From: the human T2T-CHM13v2.0 reference genome, Homo sapiens
NCBI RefSeq assembly: GCF_009914755.1
Contig: NC_060927.1
DNA length: 64,000 nt
Reading direction: 5' to 3' (one strand)
Shown: piece after piece, positions 56,605 to 64,000 of the stretch
Layout of the letters: the number at the start of each line of letters is the position of its first letter
Numbering within the stretch: position 1 is the stretch's first letter
The notes under the pieces: model-generated
Database searches by the model: none
What the model was told of the DNA's origin: nothing
The model's input: only the letters and a program-made list of their open reading frames with translations
Made by a program: the position numbers and the translations under genes

Positions 56605-58449
56605 AGACTGATGTCAGCAAAATGGTGGAATAGGAAGTCTCCAGATCCACTCCTTCCCACAGAAAGTTCAACTAGCAATTATTTGTAGATTAGAGTATTT
56701 TTTTTTTTTTGAGATGCTCAACACCAAGAAAAACTCTGTACTCACCTCATAGGGAAGACTAGGCAAAATGGCAAAGCTTGACAACCCAGAGGTCAAGTAG
56801 ACACAAAAACAGTGACCAACGCACAGTTCTTGGTATTACCTCTTTGTTTCTGCCAGCTGTGGCACTCAATAAGCTATATCAGCCAGCGTCATAGCCCACC
56901 TGCAAAACTGAGTAGGTTGCCTTCAGAAGTATGCTGGGAAGTAAAACCTACATTAAGCCTCAATACTGCTAGTCTCCCTATCCAACCTTGGAACCCACCT
57001 TGACAACCCCACCCAGGCAGGGAGAAATGCAGCTCCACTCATTTCAGAGAAGTGAAGGAATTTAACCTGCTATATCCAGGAAGGCAAGCAGTAATTCCAC
57101 ACAGCCATAAAAGCCACCTAATGGTCCCATCCAAACAGAGACTCCTACATCTATGATTTCAGAGAAGCAAAGGAATTAGACCAGCTTGACCCAGGAATGC
57201 AGGCAGTGGTTCCACATAGCCCAACAGCCCATTCAATTACTCTACCTTTGTGCATTCTGGAGAAATGTAGGGGGTAGTCCTTCTTGATCTAGGAGGTCAA
57301 ACAGCCACTCAGCTCAGCCAAAAGTCCACACGATGGCTCCACCCAGGCAGTAATACTCAACTGGGTATCCCTAAGAAGCCTAGCTTTACATCCTGCCAGT
57401 CCAGAGAAGCAACTCTACTTAACCTTGGAGCTCAATCTGCAGCCCTGCCCAATTTCAGATCCCAAATAGTGGAAATGTCTGGCCAAAGAAGATCTCCTGT
57501 AACCAGACTTACCAGAGTCCACTGAAGTACCCAGCCAGCAGCTCTGCCTGATAAAAGGACCCAGCCAGTGGTGTCACCAGTCAGTGGAGCCCAGCCAGTA
57601 GCACCATTCAATATCAGGGCAAAACCAGTGGTCCAGTCAACTAGAAAACTCACAACAAGTTCTGCCTGCCCTGGGTTATTATCAGTTGGCCCTTCCAAAA
57701 TAATGAGGTAGACTAAATAGAGAAGTTTCATCCCTCACAAAGAAAAACTGTAAAGGCTAGAGGAGATGGCTCTTCCTTAGAATACACAGACAACAATGCA
57801 AGAATATAAGAATTACCAAAAAATCAGGGAATCATGAAAACTTCAAAGTACACTAATAAAGCTCCAGTAATGGACATCAAAGAAATGAGGTGTATGAAAT
57901 GACTGACAAAGAATTCAGAAGAAGATTCATGAAGAAGTTTAGTAAACTACAATAATATACAAATGTTAAATGTAACACAATTTGCATGAAAACATGAGAT
58001 TAACAAAGAAATAGAAATAATAGCAAAGAGCTCACTGGAAATCCTAGAGGTGAAAAATGCAAGGACTAAGTTGAAAATTCAAAGGAAAGCTTCAGCAGCA
58101 CACTCAACGAAACAAAATAAAGGATCAATGAGCTTAAAGAGAATTTAAGTATTGAGTAAGAGGAGCAAAAAGACAAAAGAGTAAAAAAGAACAAAAAGAA
58201 AGCTTATAGGAATAATGGGATATTATCAAGAGATCAAACCTTCACATCATAAGAATTGCAGAAGGAAGAGAAAGAAAGAAAGAAAAAAGACCAGAAATCA
58301 TATTTAAATAAATAACGGCTGGAAATTTCCCTAATCTGGGAAATTGCCAATACCCAGTATAGAAAGCATAGAGGTCTCAAATCAAATTTAACCCAAGAGG
58401 AGTATAGCAAGACATAACAAAAATCAAAGACAAACAAAAAACTTTAAAA
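56605..58449 (+). mobile_element. Old L1M (M2/M3-type) 5'UTR plus partial ORF1; 3'-truncated and flanked by a direct repeat
   Basis: L1 5' start 'gatgtcagcaaaatggtggaatagga'; ORF1 motifs 'gaaatgactgacaaagaattcagaa' and 'ggaaatttccctaatctggg'. Direct repeat gaaaYattgaagtgtttagg at 56585-56604 and 58450-58469. Confidence 0.8.
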
Positions 58450-58834
58450 GAAATATTGAAGTGTTTAGGTGAATATTAATAAAATTGTACAGCACAATGA
58501 GCAAATGAAGAATGAAGTAGGTATTGCCTTTAGAAATTTAACTCATGTAAAAAAAGTGAGGTTGTGATCTACTACTTATGAATATAATTTACATAGCCAA
58601 AATAATGTAAAAACTGATCATCGACTTAATCAAATACTCTAATATTACTGAGCTGGGGGTCAAGGGAGGATAAGCAAGATGGGACAGTAGCATAACAGAG
58701 AGCAATTGACTTCTATATTGGTGCAATTCAAGATAACATGTTTAATATTAATAAATCATACTGATTAGTTATGTAGAAAAATATCAAATTACCAGGAGGA
58801 CTATGAATAGCTGAAGTGCTCTTGAAATCAATAG

Positions 58835-59225
58835 GCATATTCCTGTCTCATGGCCTTTGTATTTGTTGCCTAGAAACCTCTGATTCTAGATATCCTCTTA
58901 AGTAACTGCTGCACTTCCCTCAGGTGACAAAAGTCACCCTTCAATTAAGCTTGTCCTATAAAATCTATTTACTATTTTACCCCTCCCAATATTTCATATT
59001 TCCTTTCATACTGAATTATTTTTAGTTAACTCTTACCACCATCCAATGGATTGTATGTTATATGTACATTGTTCATTCATTTGTTTGTTGTTTTCTCCTC
59101 CATAAGAATGTACACTCCATATTAGCAAGGACTTCTATGGGTTTGTTCACTGCTAATTCATATCACTTAAACAGTGTCTGGAACATAGTAGGCATTCATT
59201 AGATATTAGGTGAATAAATAATACA
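58835..59225 (+). mobile_element. L2a 3' end
   Basis: 'ttgttcactgct...aacagtgtctggaacatagtaggcattcattagatattaggtgaataaat'. Confidence 0.8.
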
Positions 59226-60754
59226 TGTTAAAAGTTATCTCTGAGAAGCAAAATGAGAGCTGTGAGGAGGAGGAATAGAGGCTTGCTGTTTTTGTCATTA
59301 TAAGTCTTGTTGTCCTATGACATTTTTTTAAGTGAGCATTCACTCACTCAGATTGAAAAGTACATTAAAAATAAGATGAGCTAGGTCAAATATTAAAAAA
59401 ATCTTGTTCTAATATGATATTGAGTCTGAAAAACATTTGGGTAATCCCTTGGTGGTTTCTGGAGGCATGAAAATTTAACTTAATTTGATACCTGAAATGG
59501 AGAAACAAGTACTAAATAATGAGGAAGTGGGGAAGATTAGCTGTTAGGCCATCCACTTAAGACAATATTGAATGCTTCACAGAAGAGTTACTGGTGAAAG
59601 TAATTAAACACAGGATCTAAAGAGATAAACTAGTGAAGATAATGTTGATTGTCTTTTAGTTCTGTAGAAATCAGTCCGGGAAGAAAAGAGGTTTTAATTT
59701 TTTTCTTGTAGTATAAAGCAATGTACTTCATTGTAAAATATTTAGAAAACAAGAATTGGCAAAAAGATGAAATTTAAAATCTCTATAATCCTGCTGATTA
59801 GGAACATATACCTGTATATTCTTTCAATTTTATCCTAATAGGTATGTTTATGTTTGTATGTTTATGTATGCTTGCATATGTTTATACATCCTCTCTTGTT
59901 TTCAAATCAGAACTTGTGATACAAATACTTTCAAAGAGCAAGATTAGAAAACCTTTCTTCTTTCTCCTAGAAAACTGGCCAGCATTTGTACATTAATGAC
60001 TTGCTAGCCACTATTGACTGAGGATAGATTGGAGCTATTGACCTTGAGGTTTAAGTTTCCATGTCACCTGTTACTAATCTCCTGAGACAGCTTGTCCCCA
60101 GACAATGTTTCTTTTGGGCATGTTTTGTCTAAGTCCATTTTCACAATAACCCACTAAGAACTTATTAATCTGAGAATGTTGAAAGCTGATCCTTTAAAAA
60201 CCATACCATGTTCCTTGAGATGCCCATTAAACTTTGATCTTCCTATAGAAATTTCATAGTAGGTATAAACTGTCCTATGAAGAAAATTTCCTTCTGTTGC
60301 TGATAAAAAGGAATATTTTAGGTAAGAAGAGTTTGTTAAGATAACTATGCGAAATTCAAACACATAAGGAGCTCACCAAACCATAGATTTCCAAAACACA
60401 AATATATTTTTTCCAATTATCATGGTCCTTTTTTGAAAACATAAATTTCAAGTGTTTTGTTTCCTTCGTTCTCTCTTATAGATCTTGCACAGAGTATCTG
60501 ACGTAGTCATGACATAGCTGAAGAGTCACTTATTCCAAGCCTATGCATACATAGAAAAAACAAAAACACATAACGTTTGCCTTAAATTTACCATTTTTTC
60601 TAATTTTTCCCATCACAGGCATATGAAATAGTACCTAACTGAAGTCAGGACAAAGGAAAATTTCCTGTGACATAATTGACATTGAAATTCTAAAGTGAAT
60701 TCATATCAGAATAGCATTAGACAATTGTTACATATGCAACGTTCATATTATAAA

Positions 60755-60810
60755 TGCCTATATATGTACATATATATATTCATATACATATATATATATA
60801 CACACATATA
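60755..60810. repeat. (TA)n/(CA)n microsatellite
   Basis: Directly visible. Confidence 0.85.
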
Positions 60811-61899
60811 GGTCTAACAAAAAAACAAAGCCATTCATCTCTGCAGAAAATCACGCATCTGCTTTGCCACCAATTTAGCACACTAATTGACATTATACAA
60901 CAATATGACCATATATAAACCTTTCAGTACTAATTCACTTATTTACTTACAATTTAATTTGTTTAAATAATCACTTTAGCAAAGCAGATCTAATTCCTTA
61001 AAGTATCTACAGTCTAAAATTCACTTAAGTGTTAAACTCATTGTATCTTCAGAAATGTTCAATGCCAGCATTTTTATTGTCCGGATTGGCTTTTGGCACT
61101 TATCTGTTACAATAACAATTTTTAGGGTGGGGGGAGCATTTTCTAATTGGATAAAAATACATCCATTTGAACTGGACTGGAAATCTAATCTTAATAAATA
61201 GGGGGAGAGGAAGAGACGTACTATTCTGCCTTCTGAGGGAGTATGTCATAGCATAGCTTAGATCTAAATGTATACTTCACTTTTAATTTTTAAATGGTGG
61301 ATAAAATGGTCTTGTCCTTTTTTCATCTTGAAAAGCATGTGAAAAAAAGAGAAGGACAAGAAACAAATAAAACTTCCATCTTAAGAGAAATAGAAAATAT
61401 TCATAACTCAAATAACAATGTGTGAGAAGCTATCTCAAATGTAGTGAAGGTACAATGGGTATAAAAAATAACCAGGGTAAGAGAAGCTACAAATTTCATC
61501 AGTGCATAGCTGTCCACAGGGCATAACACACCTTGAGGGGAAGAAAAAACAGAATTCGATATCAGAAATAATAAAAATGAAGCGTGGAAACTGGTGTTAG
61601 AGTCTTCTCTTTTGTTTCCATAGGAAACCTTCTGTTAGGGAAAGAGACTCTGAATCACAATGATCTCAGTAGCTGCAAATCGTGCTGGCTGAAGAAAACA
61701 GTGAACCGGTTGACCAAATGCATAAGGCCATACAGCTCTGGGTCATAAGGAATTTTTGTGTGAATTGGGAGGAATATCTGCTATTTGAGAACTTGTTCCA
61801 CTTACTTTTCCCATGAATATTCTGTAATTAAATCATCTCGTTAAGACTCATCCTATTCAGAGGTGAGGAAATAATAAATAAATTAAAAATGATTAAGAA

Positions 61900-62580
61900 A
61901 AAAACATAAAAGAAAGAACAGGATGAATGAACCACAGATGGAGAAAAATGTTATCAAAAAACAGCATGCTTCCTTAAATTCAAGTAACTTAAGAAATCAA
62001 GAAAAATTGTCACAGCAAAGATACAATACCTCAAGGTAGCAATGGTGAGACAGGAGGACACAAAATATGAGCTAACAATCGTCAGTAGAAAAAAAGAGAG
62101 AGAGAGAGAGAAAAGAAAAATCATAACATAAGGCAATATTTACATAGACATGGATAAAAAACATAGAGAATAATGAAGTGAAAATGTAAGGGTGTATAGA
62201 GAAAATATGAGATAGGGAAGACAGTCAAAGGAGATATCACATGACTATAACTACTCCCAAGAAAAAAAATTATTCTTCCTAGAGAAAATATATTTAAATG
62301 ACATATAAATTAGAAATGTTTCTGAAAGTAAAAAGTTGAATTTACAAATTGAAAGAGTATACTTGATGCCAGAAAAAAAATTATGTAGAGTTATAAGCAC
62401 CAAAAAATATCCCAATAAAATTACTGGACTTAAAAAAAATAAAAAAGAATTCTGTCATCCATTAAAAAAGCAAACAACAACAACAAAAAACTTAGATTGT
62501 CCTCAGACACACTGCCAGCAACATCATTCAACACCAGGATACAGTGGGGCAATACCCAAAGATTTCAAGATGGAAATAAA
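61900..62580 (+). mobile_element. HAL1/L1ME ORF1-like relic
   Basis: ORF 62336 'NLQIERVYLMP' resembles the L1 ORF1 'LQIERAHR' motif; A-rich sequence. Confidence 0.55.
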
Positions 62581-62924
62581 CATTGAGATACAATATTACT
62601 ATATCCAACAAACTATTGGTCTCAGGCCAACAGTGCTCTTGGGTCAAATATGGTATCTGGAAAATAGTAAATGGATCAATAAATGAATGAACTTTTTGAT
62701 AGCTTGTGTTAATTAATTTCATTCCCTATTAGAAATCCACAGGAGGGTATTAGCAAACTTAGTGATATGAGAGTAGAGCTCAGGAGGAAAGAGGTCACAT
62801 TCAATATCAATTAGATAAAAGTATAAGCCAGGAAGTAGATACAAAGCTCAAGAAAAAAATCACAGCTTTCAAGAACAATGTCATTTTAGAACCAGATAGA
62901 CAGTAATGGCACAAGCAAGAGTAG

Positions 62925-63130
62925 GATTTTTGACAGGCACTGTTGTAAATCCTCTATATTGGTCAACTCATTTTATTCTCACAAGAACTGTGTAAGTGGG
63001 GAATATTACTATTATTGCATCCATTTTACAGACGAAGAATCTGAGGCATAAATTTTTAAAGTCATTTGCCTAACATAGCTATTAGCTGCACATGCTGTAA
63101 TGAACAAAGTCCAGTTTCACATAGGCAATT
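62925..63130 (-). mobile_element. MIR SINE
   Basis: 'atccattttacagacgaagaatctgaggcat...aagtcatttgcctaac'. Confidence 0.8.
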
Positions 63131-63139
63131 GTTTCCAGT

Positions 63140-63330
63140 AAAGAAGAAGGACCATTAGGAGAATGCAATGCAAGGAAAAAGAGAATTTCAAGGCAATAAA
63201 ATAGACAGTAATGTCAGACATTGTAGAGAGGTCAAGCAGAATTTGGCAATTAGCTAGACTTTTATGATAGTTTAGAAAATAATCTCGGCAAGTACTGAAG
63301 GCAGAAACAGACTAGGGTGAAAAGAGTAAG
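63140..63330 (-). mobile_element. L2 fragment
   Basis: 'gtagagaggtcaagcagaatttggcaatt'. Confidence 0.5.
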
Positions 63331-64000
63331 TGTAGACAAGATAAATGAAACTGTAAGCACAGATAAATAATTAGAAGCATTTGACAGAGAAAAGGAGACA
63401 TGGATATCCCCCGAAATGTTCTGTATTTTCTGTCTTTTCTCTGTAAGGAAAGTCTGAACATTCAACCATTACTTTAACCTAATTGAGAACCACATCTTAA
63501 TAATATACATATATTAGGCATTCAAATTTTATCTCCTTGTCTTCAATAGTGTTTTATTGACTTGTAAGCCATGCAGCATATAAAGGAGAGCAGCAAAATG
63601 TAACATCAGCAGCTGTCTGGTTTTTCCTGGATTTGCCTTGCTACTTACTAGGCAAACCCATTTACAGGACTATTTTGCTTCCTTGTTCAAAGCTTTGGGG
63701 CTTTTTTTTCTTGTTCATGTTATAGTGTATGATATTGTTTACTTAGAATAGTGATCTCAGTAACTAAGCAACTAAAAATAAAACCCTGATGTTGAAAGAT
63801 ATCATACAACCCAAATAACATGCTGCAGAGTAATTAATTGTGCTTTTACTTAAATAAGAAATGGGGTTTTGAACTCTATTGCCTCCTCTTTGGTTACCTA
63901 GTGATATTGCCCAGTAACAGTCTGTCTTCCCAATCTGAGTCAAATAAATCAGGTCTGCATATGCTGCAGATTTCAAAATTGCAAATTTACACTGCAGAAT

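Larger units (their letters stand above)
55650..59370 (+). mobile_element. HAL1-like relic pieces (about 55650-56020, 58470-58810 and 59225-59370)
   Basis: 'tttacatagccaaaataatgtaaaaactga' and 'ctgtttttgtcattataagtcttgt' resemble the HAL1 3' region from memory. Confidence 0.45.

Noticed and set aside
57529-57650. CRISPR-like repeat-spacer array
   Set aside because: The constant part is only 9 bp, the context is a mammalian L1 5'UTR, and no cas genes are present.

Overview
AT-rich primate (human-like) non-coding DNA made mostly of interspersed repeats. I find no host protein-coding gene, tRNA, rRNA or CRISPR array, and nothing that supports a new biological system. The main elements are a full-length, inactivated L1PA2/L1PA3 (10121-16125) with a target-site duplication (TSD); a near full-length minus-strand L1MA2-type element (about 19955-28662) carrying two Alus and a 457-bp retrocopy of an mRNA 3' end; a near full-length Tigger1; and a 5'UTR+ORF1-only L1 with no poly(A) tail inside a 20-bp direct repeat. 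Many solo LTRs and MIR/L2/HAL1 relics fill the rest. The most unusual items are the retrocopy, the tailless 3'-truncated L1, paired hairpins in unique sequence at 16230-16511 and 32844-32884, and a few candidate plus-strand exons. Repeat subfamily names come from recalled consensus sequences and need RepeatMasker/Dfam confirmation; boundaries of old repeats are approximate.
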